From a bacterium (lineage in GTDB: Bacteria > Methylomirabilota > Methylomirabilia > CAVQYV01): a DNA stretch of 52,021 nt. The stretch is from NCBI GenBank assembly GCA_043800755.1, contig JAZDMQ010000063.1, positions 1 to 52,021 of the forward strand, written 5' to 3'. Shown in pieces: positions 32,779 to 41,403 of the stretch. Positions within the stretch are counted from its first letter, which is position 1; each line of letters opens with the position of its first letter. The position numbers were made by a program, and so were the translations under genes. The notes beneath the pieces were generated by a model. That model had not been told where the DNA came from. It made no database searches and was given only the letters and a program-made list of their open reading frames with translations.

Positions 32779-35526
32779 TTACTCAAGTTGCGCCAAAAGC
32801 CCTCTCAATTCCCTCCCCGGCTCCTGACCCAGATGAAGGCGGATGGCCCGCTGGCCTCGCGACCTTAGCGATTGCCAATCGCCGAGGGCCTGTGCCGCGG
32901 CCAGGGTCCCCAGCGAATAGGATTGGCCAGGAATGGGCAAATCCTGTCCTGCCTCCGTCGTCAGCTGGACGAAGAGCCCTGAATCGGGGCCACCTTTGTG
33001 CAGCTGCCCGGTGGAGTGGAGGTATCGAGGCCCATATCCGACGGTGCTGGGCAAATGATGCTGGAGCAGGATCGCCTGGCGTAGATCCCTCAAGGCCTGG
33101 TCGATCTCCCCGGTTTGCTCCAGATAGGCCATGAGGGCGACATAATCGCCGGGCCTCGCCTGCGACAACAGCTCTGGGAGGGAGCCCTCAGTGACCGGGC
33201 GAGGCAGTCTGCCGGTCACCCGGTACTCGGCCAGGGTCCTCTCCGTATTCTCCTTGCTCTCTTGCACATTGGGCTGGTCGAATGGCTGGACGCCCAGCCC
33301 GATTCCCGCGATGGCGGTGGCGAATTCCCACCGAAAGAACTCGGCCCCCAAGTCGTAGCGATCGGTCAGGTGGATGCGGACCGTGGGCTGCCCGGCCTTC
33401 TCCAGCGCAGAGAGGTGGTCATCGAGGCGGGAGTTCTCATCTCCCTCCAGGCGCAAAAAGATGAAAAGGCGATCGGGGCCATAGGCGGAGGGGGCTGCCA
33501 GCGGCTCATCCACCACCGGGATGATTCCCTTGCCCTCCTTTCCCGTGCTCTCCGCAATGAGCTGCTCAATCCAGAGTCCAAGAGCGGCGATGGTCGGCGA
33601 AAGGAGAAGCGTCAGCTTATTGCGACCCTGTTTGGCTGAGGTGGCCAGGGTCGCCCCCAGCCACCCCCCTGGGTTATCCGGGAGAGGGATGCAGGGGACA
33701 CAGGACTGGGCCATGGCGTCTCCCCGGTGGAGGAGTTGGCCAAGATCGATCCCTACGAGGGCTGCGGGTACCAGGCCGAAATGGGATAGGGCGGAGTAGC
33801 GTCCTCCCAAATCGGCGTGGTTGAGGAAGATATGCCGGAAGCCATGGTCGGCGGCCAAAGCCTGGAGGGAGGTCTGCGGGTCAGTAATGGCAATAAAGTT
33901 CTCCCCGGCTTGATCGCCTTTGACCTTTTGCACCAGGGACCAGAAGTATCGGAATAGGGAGGCCACCTCGATGGTCGATCCGGATTTGGAGGAGGCGATG
34001 AACAGGGTATTGGCTGGATCGATGGTTTGGGTGATGCGATTCACCCAGGAGGGCACGGTGGAGTCCAAAACGGAGAGCTGGGGGTGTCCTTCCGCTGGGC
34101 CGAAGGTGGAAGAGAGGACCTCGGGCGCCAGGCTGCTTCCCCCCATGCCGAGGAGGATCGCCTGCTTGAACCCGGCCCCACAGATCTCCTGGGCGAAGGC
34201 CATGAGCCCTGCGCCATGCTCGCGCATCCTCCCGGGCAGGATTAGCCAGCCGAGGCGGTTCGCGATCTCCGTGGGATCCGGCTTCCAAACCGTGTGATCC
34301 TTGGCCCAAATTCGAGAGATCACCCTCTGGCGCTGCATCTCACCCAGGGCCTCCTCAACCAGCAAAGAGGTCTTTCCCAGACTGGCAGCGGGGCGACGGG
34401 TAAGGCCCAGTTTCAGGCGCCCCCGCTGGACCTCGATGTGGGCGATTAACCTCTCATACGAGACCATCAACGCCTTCATCCCCTCTTCTTGAAGTCGATC
34501 CGTCACTGCTTTCAGATCGACCTTGGCGGCCGCGAGTTGTTGCAGGATCTCTGGGGCCTGATCCCATTTCGCCTCCCCGGCTACACCCTCCTTTCCTTCC
34601 TCCTTGAGGGCGACCAGGGCTGAGGGCGAGAGGGCGATCACGGTGTCTTTAGCCATGAGGGCCTTTGCGTATCGGGCCTCCGGGTAGAGGGGATCTTTGT
34701 TCGCGGCCCTGGCCCAGAGGAGGCGTTGCACCCGGGCCCCCTGATCTCTCAAGGCCAAGAACTCGGGGGCGGCGAAGATCTGTCGGAGGCGCGCATAGGC
34801 GACCCGGGCCAGGGCAATGGCTACCTGCCCGCGAAGGGAACCGGCCCACCTCCCTTGTCCTCCCTCGGCGTGTCTCTCGCCTTCCAAAACCGGATTCACT
34901 GCCGAATCGACCGGGCTCACCCAGAATGAGGCCACGGAGGCCACGGTCCGGAGATCTCCCCCTTGGGCTGCCCACTTCCGAAGGCCGCGGAGGTAAGAGC
35001 GGGCTGCTGCCTCATAGGTCTCTAAAGAGCAAATCATGGTGCAGTTTACCTTGATCCCCTCGCCGATGAGGGCCTCAATGGCAGGAAGCCCCTCCGGGGT
35101 GGCCGGGATAGCCACCATCGCATTCGGCCGATCTAATAGGACATAGAGGCGACGTGCCTCCGCCACCATCCCCTCCGTATCGTGGGCCAGGAGGGGGTTG
35201 ATCTCCAAGCAGGCGTAGCCGTCTTCCCCCCCTGTCCGCTCATAGGCTGGGCGCAGCATATCCGCTGTAGTCCGGATGTCCTCCGCGGCGAGGCGAAGAT
35301 AGGTCTCTGGGGCGCCCAGGCCCTCGGTGGCCGAAGCGGCCAAGGCCTCGTCATAGTCCACACTGCCGGCAATGACCTTTTCCCAGACGATGAGGTTCGA
35401 ATTGATTCCCCGGATGCCTCCCGCAACCAGTTGGGCCAGCTCCCCGGATGCGATCATCCCCCGGCGGAGGTAATCCAACCAGATGGACTGCCCACGCCTT
35501 TCCATCTCAAGCAGCAGTTGTTTCAT
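32779..35526 (-). CDS. Transaldolase-phosphoglucose isomerase fusion, with a degenerate transaldolase active site
   Basis: N-half: GQSIWLD and Tal-like scaffold. C-half has intact PGI motifs GMGGSSL, SKSGST.E, GGRYS, EQLIAESTGK, DQPNV.ESK, GPRYLHSTGQLHKGG. Confidence 0.88.
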   Translation of the reverse strand: MKQLLLEMERRGQSIWLDYLRRGMIASGELAQLVAGGIRGINSNLIVWEKVIAGSVDYDEALAASATEGLGAPETYLRLAAEDIRTTADMLRPAYERTGGEDGYACLEINPLLAHDTEGMVAEARRLYVLLDRPNAMVAIPATPEGLPAIEALIGEGIKVNCTMICSLETYEAAARSYLRGLRKWAAQGGDLRTVASVASFWVSPVDSAVNPVLEGERHAEGGQGRWAGSLRGQVAIALARVAYARLRQIFAAPEFLALRDQGARVQRLLWARAANKDPLYPEARYAKALMAKDTVIALSPSALVALKEEGKEGVAGEAKWDQAPEILQQLAAAKVDLKAVTDRLQEEGMKALMVSYERLIAHIEVQRGRLKLGLTRRPAASLGKTSLLVEEALGEMQRQRVISRIWAKDHTVWKPDPTEIANRLGWLILPGRMREHGAGLMAFAQEICGAGFKQAILLGMGGSSLAPEVLSSTFGPAEGHPQLSVLDSTVPSWVNRITQTIDPANTLFIASSKSGSTIEVASLFRYFWSLVQKVKGDQAGENFIAITDPQTSLQALAADHGFRHIFLNHADLGGRYSALSHFGLVPAALVGIDLGQLLHRGDAMAQSCVPCIPLPDNPGGWLGATLATSAKQGRNKLTLLLSPTIAALGLWIEQLIAESTGKEGKGIIPVVDEPLAAPSAYGPDRLFIFLRLEGDENSRLDDHLSALEKAGQPTVRIHLTDRYDLGAEFFRWEFATAIAGIGLGVQPFDQPNVQESKENTERTLAEYRVTGRLPRPVTEGSLPELLSQARPGDYVALMAYLEQTGEIDQALRDLRQAILLQHHLPSTVGYGPRYLHSTGQLHKGGPDSGLFVQLTTEAGQDLPIPGQSYSLGTLAAAQALGDWQSLRSRGQRAIRLHLGQEPGRELRGLLAQLE

Positions 35527-35544
35527 CTCACCTCCCCTTCCCGG

Positions 35545-36615
35545 TCATCCCTGGAGCGTTGCGGCAAAGGCAGCGCCATAGAGGCTCACATCGTAATTGG
35601 TGACCACCTTGATCGGGATTTGCTGGAGGATCTCTCGGTGGCGGTCGTTTTCCTCGAAATATTGGCGGAAGAGATCTGTCCGGAGGTGGGGGATATTCTT
35701 CGCCAGGATGCCACCTGCCAAGAAGATCCCTCCCAGGGCCAGAGTGTCGAGGGCGAAATTGCGGGCGCATTTGGCCATTAACTGCAAGAGCAGATGAAAG
35801 GTTTCCCTGCAGGTCTCATCCTGAGGGATATGCTGCGAGATGAGAAGGGCCTTCTCTTCCGCCCTGTCGATTTGTCGGCTGATGGGGCTTGGGGGGGTGG
35901 GTTGCCTCTGGCGGAGGAACTGGTAGAGCCTCTCCAGGCCCCTTCCCGACAGGAGGTCCTCATAGGAGACGGTCTGTTTTCCTGGCTCCCGAGCCTTGAT
36001 GAAGTCGACCAGTTCCCGCTCCCAGGGCGCGGTAGAGGGAAAATCCGCGTGCCCCCCCTCGGAAGGGTGGGGGCGGAAGAGGCCCAGGCTCTTATCGTAG
36101 ATGAGGATACTTTTCCCCAGCCCGGTGCCAGCCCCGATGATGGCCCGGGTAGGATGATCGGCTCTCCGCCGTGACGGCCGCCGGGGGGGCATCTCCAGAA
36201 CATCGCCCCGTCTTAGGAAGTTGATCCCATATCCGATGGCATCGAAATCGTTCATGAGATGAAGGTCTCTGAGCCCCACCTTGTGCTTGAGCGATCCGGG
36301 GTCGATGCGAAGATCTGCGTTGGTAAGCTGAGCCCTTCTCCCCGGGATGATGGGTCCAGCCAGGGCCAGGGCGGCATGCTCAATGACGGCCCCATAACGC
36401 CTCTTGGCGTAAGCGGTGATCTCCCGAAGCGGGGCGGCAAGGTCCCTTAGCCCTGGGGTGGGGAAATGAAAGGAGACGGCCAGGGAGACCTTCCGATTCC
36501 CTGCCCAGGCCAGGGCCAGGTTGGTGTGGGTACCTCCCACATCCCCCCCCAGGACCAGCCTCCGGGAGGGATCTTGGGGCGAGTGCGATTGGTGTTGTCG
36601 CAGGAGATATTCCAT
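35545..36615 (-). CDS. glk: Glucokinase
   Basis: GDVGGT, LTNA, NDF, GAGTGLG, SEGGH, GGIFLAGGI. Probable start MEYLL at 36615. Confidence 0.9.
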   Translation of the reverse strand: MEYLLRQHQSHSPQDPSRRLVLGGDVGGTHTNLALAWAGNRKVSLAVSFHFPTPGLRDLAAPLREITAYAKRRYGAVIEHAALALAGPIIPGRRAQLTNADLRIDPGSLKHKVGLRDLHLMNDFDAIGYGINFLRRGDVLEMPPRRPSRRRADHPTRAIIGAGTGLGKSILIYDKSLGLFRPHPSEGGHADFPSTAPWERELVDFIKAREPGKQTVSYEDLLSGRGLERLYQFLRQRQPTPPSPISRQIDRAEEKALLISQHIPQDETCRETFHLLLQLMAKCARNFALDTLALGGIFLAGGILAKNIPHLRTDLFRQYFEENDRHREILQQIPIKVVTNYDVSLYGAAFAATLQG

Positions 36616-36942
36616 GTCAAGCGCCCATGAGAGGGGTGAAGGACAGCGGTGGACCCCCGAAGCCCATCCAATTGCAACACATATTATGTCAAGGAGGGCA
36701 CAAGTCAAGTCTCAATTTTTCGGGGTGCCCCACGAAAAGGAAAATGGCCGGCCTGCCTCCGATTTGGCGCAGGAAAGTGGATCCCTCTCGGAGGGGAGGG
36801 CCATGGAAATCCAAATATTGCTTCAAACTGGTAGGGTTATCTGCTATCGTAAAGGGAGGCGCCGGAGGGGGAAAGCCTTGGTCGGACCGATGCCTGGCCA
36901 AGAGGGGACACCGAGCCGGGGCCTGAATGGAAGGCTCAGGAG

Positions 36943-39582
36943 ATGGAGCTCATCACCACCCACATCAGCGCGGATTTCGATTCCCTGGCCTCAATGATGG
37001 CGGCCTCCAAGCTCTATCCTGGGGCCAAGCTGGTCTTTCCTGGCTCGCAAGAGCGAAATGTCCGCGATTTCCTGCAACACACTCACTTCCCCCTGCTCTT
37101 CGAAAAACTCAAGAAGCTGGATCTTTCCTCCGTGGAGCGCCTCATCCTGGTGGATGCCAAACGCGCGAGTCGAATCGGACCCCTCCGGGACCTTCTGCGC
37201 CAGCCCGGACTGGAGATCCATATCTATGACCACCACCCGGCCCATCCCAAGGATATCGAGGGTGCGGTGGAGGTCCTGCGAGAGGTGGGGGCCACCGCCA
37301 CCATCCTCATCCAGCTCCTGAGGGAAAGTAAGGTTGCGATCAATCCCCAGGAGGCCACCCTCCTCGCCTTGGGGATCTACGAGGAGACTGGATTCTTCAC
37401 CTTCACCTCCACCACAGAAGAGGACCTGGAGGCCGCCGCCTTCTGCCTCTCGCAGGGGGCGGATTTGACGATCGTCTCCGATCATATCCGGCGCGAGCTC
37501 ACTGTGGAGCAACTCTCCCTGCTCAGTGAACTGATCAGCTCTGCCGAGAGTTATCTGATCAATGGAATCGAGATTGTCATCAGCACTGCCTCCCTGGATA
37601 AGTATGTGGGAGACCTGGCGCTCCTGACCCACAAACTCCGGGATCTGGAGAACACGAATGTCCTTTTCACCCTGGTCAGCATGGATAATCGAGTCCAGCT
37701 GGTGGCACGGAGCCGGCTGGAGACGGTGGATGTGGGGGAGATCGCCTCCTCCTTTGGTGGAGGAGGACATCCGACCGCGGCCTCGGCCACCATCAAGGAG
37801 ATGACCCTCATCGAGACCAAGGAGAGGCTCTTGCACCTCCTGAAGGAGAAGGTGAAACCCATGCTCTACGCCCGGGATATTATGAACTCCCCGGTCAAGG
37901 CGATCTCCGATCGGTTCACCGTGGGGGGAGCTGGAGAGATCATGAATCGCTTCTCCATCAATTCCCTGCCGGTGGTTCACCATGGGGAGCTGGTAGGCCT
38001 CATCAATCGCGAGACCATCGACCGGGCGCTCTATCATGGGCTAAGAGAGGCCTCGGTTTCGGGATTTATGTCGACCGACCCTCCCACCGTGAACCTGGAT
38101 ACTCCCTTGCCCCGGATTCAAAGACTCATGGTGGAGTCAACCCTGGGGGTGTTGCCGGTGGTAGACCAACGCCGCCTCAAAGGGATCGTGACCCGTACCG
38201 ATATGCTCAGATTGGCCTACGAGGATTTGATGAGGAGGCCTACCTTCCTCCACGAGGTGGAAAAGGATCTGGGCCCTTACTTCACCCGCAGCGTGACCAA
38301 TCTCCTGAACAGCCGACTGCGGCCACCGCTCTTGTCCCTCCTCCATGGCTGCGGTGAGGCGGCGGACGGGGTGGGGACCTCTGTCTATGTGGTGGGCGGA
38401 TTTGTCCGCGATTTGCTCTTGGGGGCAGAGAATCTCGATATCGATCTGGTGTTGGAGGGGGACGGGATCGCCTATGCGGAGAGACTCTCCGGCTGCCTTG
38501 GGGGTAAGGTGCGCAGCCATCCCAAATTCGGCACCGCGGCCATCACCCTTGCGGACGGCTTTCGCATCGATGTGGCCACGGCGAGGGCCGAGTACTACGA
38601 ACATCCGGCGGCCCTTCCCACGGTGGAGCACTCTTCGATCAAGATGGACTTGTATCGTCGGGACTTCACCATCAATACCCTGGCCATCCGCCTCAACGCC
38701 GGTCACTTTGGAGAGATCATTGACTTCTTCGGGGGACAGCGGGACCTGCGAAACAAGACCATTCGGGTCCTTCACAATCTGAGTTTCGTGGAGGACCCCA
38801 CCCGCATGCTCAGGGCAGCCCGCTTTGAATCCCGTTTTGGCTTCAAGATCAGCAAGGACACGGGGCAGTTGATCAAGAATGCAGTGGAGATGAACCTCAT
38901 GGGAAGGGTGTCCGGCAAGCGGATCTATGGCGAGCTATCATTGGTGTTTGCGGAGCCCCATCCGGCCGCCGTCTTCCTCCGGTTGGAGGAGCTTGAGCTC
39001 CTGTCATCCCTCCATCCCCGCCTTCACTTCGACGCGGCCAAGGCGAAGGACTTCGCCCATGTGGAGGAGGTCCTGGCCTGGTATCGACTACTCTATCGGG
39101 GGGAGGAGGCCTCGGCCGAGGAAATCTACCTGATGGCCCTCCTGGCCAACTTGCAGCCCTCTGAGGCCCGGAAGGTGATGGGGCGCCTTGACCTCTGTCT
39201 GAGGACCAGCAGGAGGATTCGAGACGCCCTAGCCGACTTTCGGCACCTGGGAAGAGAACTGGCCCTCAGGAGAGATCTCTTCCCCAGCCGCGTGTATCGC
39301 CTGATGGCAGACCGCTCCCCCGAGGCCTTGCTGCTGCTTATGGCCTTGAGCAAAGAGGAAAAGACGAAAAGGGCCATCTCCGATTACCTGACCACCTACT
39401 CCCGGGTCAGGAGCCATATTCGGGGGAAGGACCTGAAGAGATTAGGGCTCAGCCCCGGGCCGATCTACCGAAAGATCCTCAACCGCTTGCTCTATGCCCG
39501 CCTCGACGCAAAGGTCGAAACCAAGGAGGAGGAACTTCATTTCCTCAAGGCCAAATTCCGGGCCCACCTTCCCGTATCCTAA
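36943..39582 (+). CDS. tRNA nucleotidyltransferase with DHH/DHHA1 and CBS domains (A-adding/CCA type)
   Basis: TTH..ADFD, DHH, GGGGH.TAA, CBS pair, VGGFVRD, DIDL, DVATAR, RRDFTIN, EDPTR.LRA.RF. Confidence 0.9.
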   Translation: MELITTHISADFDSLASMMAASKLYPGAKLVFPGSQERNVRDFLQHTHFPLLFEKLKKLDLSSVERLILVDAKRASRIGPLRDLLRQPGLEIHIYDHHPAHPKDIEGAVEVLREVGATATILIQLLRESKVAINPQEATLLALGIYEETGFFTFTSTTEEDLEAAAFCLSQGADLTIVSDHIRRELTVEQLSLLSELISSAESYLINGIEIVISTASLDKYVGDLALLTHKLRDLENTNVLFTLVSMDNRVQLVARSRLETVDVGEIASSFGGGGHPTAASATIKEMTLIETKERLLHLLKEKVKPMLYARDIMNSPVKAISDRFTVGGAGEIMNRFSINSLPVVHHGELVGLINRETIDRALYHGLREASVSGFMSTDPPTVNLDTPLPRIQRLMVESTLGVLPVVDQRRLKGIVTRTDMLRLAYEDLMRRPTFLHEVEKDLGPYFTRSVTNLLNSRLRPPLLSLLHGCGEAADGVGTSVYVVGGFVRDLLLGAENLDIDLVLEGDGIAYAERLSGCLGGKVRSHPKFGTAAITLADGFRIDVATARAEYYEHPAALPTVEHSSIKMDLYRRDFTINTLAIRLNAGHFGEIIDFFGGQRDLRNKTIRVLHNLSFVEDPTRMLRAARFESRFGFKISKDTGQLIKNAVEMNLMGRVSGKRIYGELSLVFAEPHPAAVFLRLEELELLSSLHPRLHFDAAKAKDFAHVEEVLAWYRLLYRGEEASAEEIYLMALLANLQPSEARKVMGRLDLCLRTSRRIRDALADFRHLGRELALRRDLFPSRVYRLMADRSPEALLLLMALSKEEKTKRAISDYLTTYSRVRSHIRGKDLKRLGLSPGPIYRKILNRLLYARLDAKVETKEEELHFLKAKFRAHLPVS

Positions 39583-39610
39583 TAAGTCGGCCTATTTCTC
39601 TCAGCTCAGG

Positions 39611-39639
39611 TTGACAAAGCGGGGCCGATCTGTTACCTT
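39611..39639 (+). promoter_or_regulatory. sigma70-type promoter of the site-2 protease-trpS operon
   Basis: TTGACA (39611-16), 17 bp ending in TGn, TACCTT (39634-39). Confidence 0.65.
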
Positions 39640-39668
39640 TTGCCCAATTTCTCGGGAGGGAAAGGCGA

Positions 39669-40325
39669 ATTCCAATTTTCAGCTTCGTTGCTTCTCAGAT
39701 TCGTGAATACAGCATCACAATTCCCGCGGTGCTCCTGGCCATCACCGTCCACGAATTCGCCCACGGTTGGGTGGCAAACCGCCTCGGGGACCCCACGGCG
39801 CGCCTGGCGGGGAGACTCACCCTCAATCCCTTCTCCCACCTGGATCTCATCGGGGGCCTCGCCTTGCTCCTCTTCCATTTTGGGTGGGCCAAGCCGGTGC
39901 CCTTCAATCCCCTCTATTTCAAGAATCCGAGGCGAGGCATCGTCTTGACCTCTTTGGCTGGAGCTGGGGGGAATCTTCTAACCGCCGCGATAGCCGCTTT
40001 GGCCTATCGGGGCCTGTTTCTGTTTGCATTCTCGGATCCCTCTTCCCTTCCACTGCATCCCGGGGTCCTGGTTCCCTTTGGCTGGATGCTAAAAATGGCG
40101 GTCATCATCAATGTCTACCTGGCGTTTTTTAATCTCATCCCAATCCCTCCCCTGGATGGTTCTAAGGTGGTGATGGGTTTCCTTCCCCCGGCCCAGGCGA
40201 CGGCAATGGGGAAGCTGGAGCCCTATGGGGTTCTAATCCTCATGGTCCTGATCGTGATCAAGGCGTTCGATTTCCTGGTAGGGATCCCAGCCGCCCTGGT
40301 GATTGGACTTTTGATTGGTGCTTAG
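39669..40325 (+). CDS. Site-2 protease (peptidase M50); start uncertain (ATT 39669 or GTG 39729)
   Basis: HEFAH, GDPT, LTLNP, FGWAKPVP, FNLIPIPPLDG. Confidence 0.9.
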   Translation: MPIFSFVASQIREYSITIPAVLLAITVHEFAHGWVANRLGDPTARLAGRLTLNPFSHLDLIGGLALLLFHFGWAKPVPFNPLYFKNPRRGIVLTSLAGAGGNLLTAAIAALAYRGLFLFAFSDPSSLPLHPGVLVPFGWMLKMAVIINVYLAFFNLIPIPPLDGSKVVMGFLPPAQATAMGKLEPYGVLILMVLIVIKAFDFLVGIPAALVIGLLIGA

Positions 40326-40343
40326 AGAGGAGGACTGATCCTA

Positions 40344-41327
40344 TTGGAAAAGAAACGGGTGGTGAGCGGCATGCGTCCCTCAGGCAAGTTGCATTTGGGC
40401 CATCTGGTGGGGGCCTTGCAGAACTGGAAGAAGCTCCAGGGCAGCCACCAATGCTTCTTCTTTGTGGCAGATTGGCATGCGCTCACCTCTGAATACGCAG
40501 ATACCGCCCAGGTCAAAGAGTTCGTTCAGGAGATCGCGATTGACTGGCTGAGTACAGGCATCGATCCGGATCTGGCGACCTTGTTCATTCAATCCCAGGT
40601 CCCAGAGCACGCGGAGCTTCATCTGCTCCTTTCGATGATCACGCCGCTTCCCTGGCTGGAGCGCAATCCCACCTACAAGGAGCAACTGCAGGAGGTGACA
40701 ACCAGGGATCTTTCCACCTATGGTTTCTTGGGATACCCGGTCCTGCAGGCGGCAGATATCCTCATCTATAAGGCACACTATGTCCCGGTGGGGGTGGATC
40801 AGATGCCCCATATTGAGCTGACGCGGGAGATCGCCCGGCGCTTTAATTCCCTCTATGGGGAGACGCTGGTGGTCCCCGAGGGGATGCTCACCCAATTCCC
40901 CAAGGTCCCGGGGGTTGATGGCCGCAAGATGAGCAAGAGCTACCAGAATTTTATCCTGCTCTCCAACTCTCCGGAGGAGATTCGGGCAAAGGTAAAGCCC
41001 ATGGTGACCGACCCGGCTCGGGCCCGCAGAAACGATCCGGGGAATCCGGAGCGCTGCCCGGTCTTCGACCTCCATAAGATCTTCACCCCTTCGGGCGAGC
41101 ACGGAGAAATCATCCAGGGATGCCGGACCGCCGGCATCGGATGCCTCGATTGCAAGGAGGTCCTCCTGGGTTATCTGTTGGGGGCCGTAGAGGAGATTTA
41201 TGCTCGCCGGCAAAAGCTGGCCAAGGACCCGGGGAGGATCGAGGAAATCCTAAGAGAGGGGTCCCGGAAGGCGCAGAGAGAAGCAGCGCTCACCCTCTCC
41301 CAGATCAAGGAGGCCATTCGCATCTGA
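40344..41327 (+). CDS. trpS: Tryptophan--tRNA ligase
   Basis: SGMRPSG.LHLGH, ADWHA, YPVLQAADIL, VPVGVDQ, KMSKS. Confidence 0.96.
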   Translation: MEKKRVVSGMRPSGKLHLGHLVGALQNWKKLQGSHQCFFFVADWHALTSEYADTAQVKEFVQEIAIDWLSTGIDPDLATLFIQSQVPEHAELHLLLSMITPLPWLERNPTYKEQLQEVTTRDLSTYGFLGYPVLQAADILIYKAHYVPVGVDQMPHIELTREIARRFNSLYGETLVVPEGMLTQFPKVPGVDGRKMSKSYQNFILLSNSPEEIRAKVKPMVTDPARARRNDPGNPERCPVFDLHKIFTPSGEHGEIIQGCRTAGIGCLDCKEVLLGYLLGAVEEIYARRQKLAKDPGRIEEILREGSRKAQREAALTLSQIKEAIRI

Positions 41328-41342
41328 AATGGCGGGAAGGGC

Positions 41343-41371
41343 TTGACCAACACCAAGGGGTGTGTTAGTTT
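41343..41371 (+). promoter_or_regulatory. sigma70-type promoter of guaB
   Basis: TTGACC (41343-48), 17 bp ending in TGn, TAGTTT (41366-71). Confidence 0.6.
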
Positions 41372-41403
41372 GATATAAATTTGAGGTGACCTGGAGTGCC
41401 CGT

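Noticed and set aside
36674..36690. NrdR box
   Set aside because: The conserved C and G positions of the palindrome are missing and there is no ribonucleotide reductase gene nearby.
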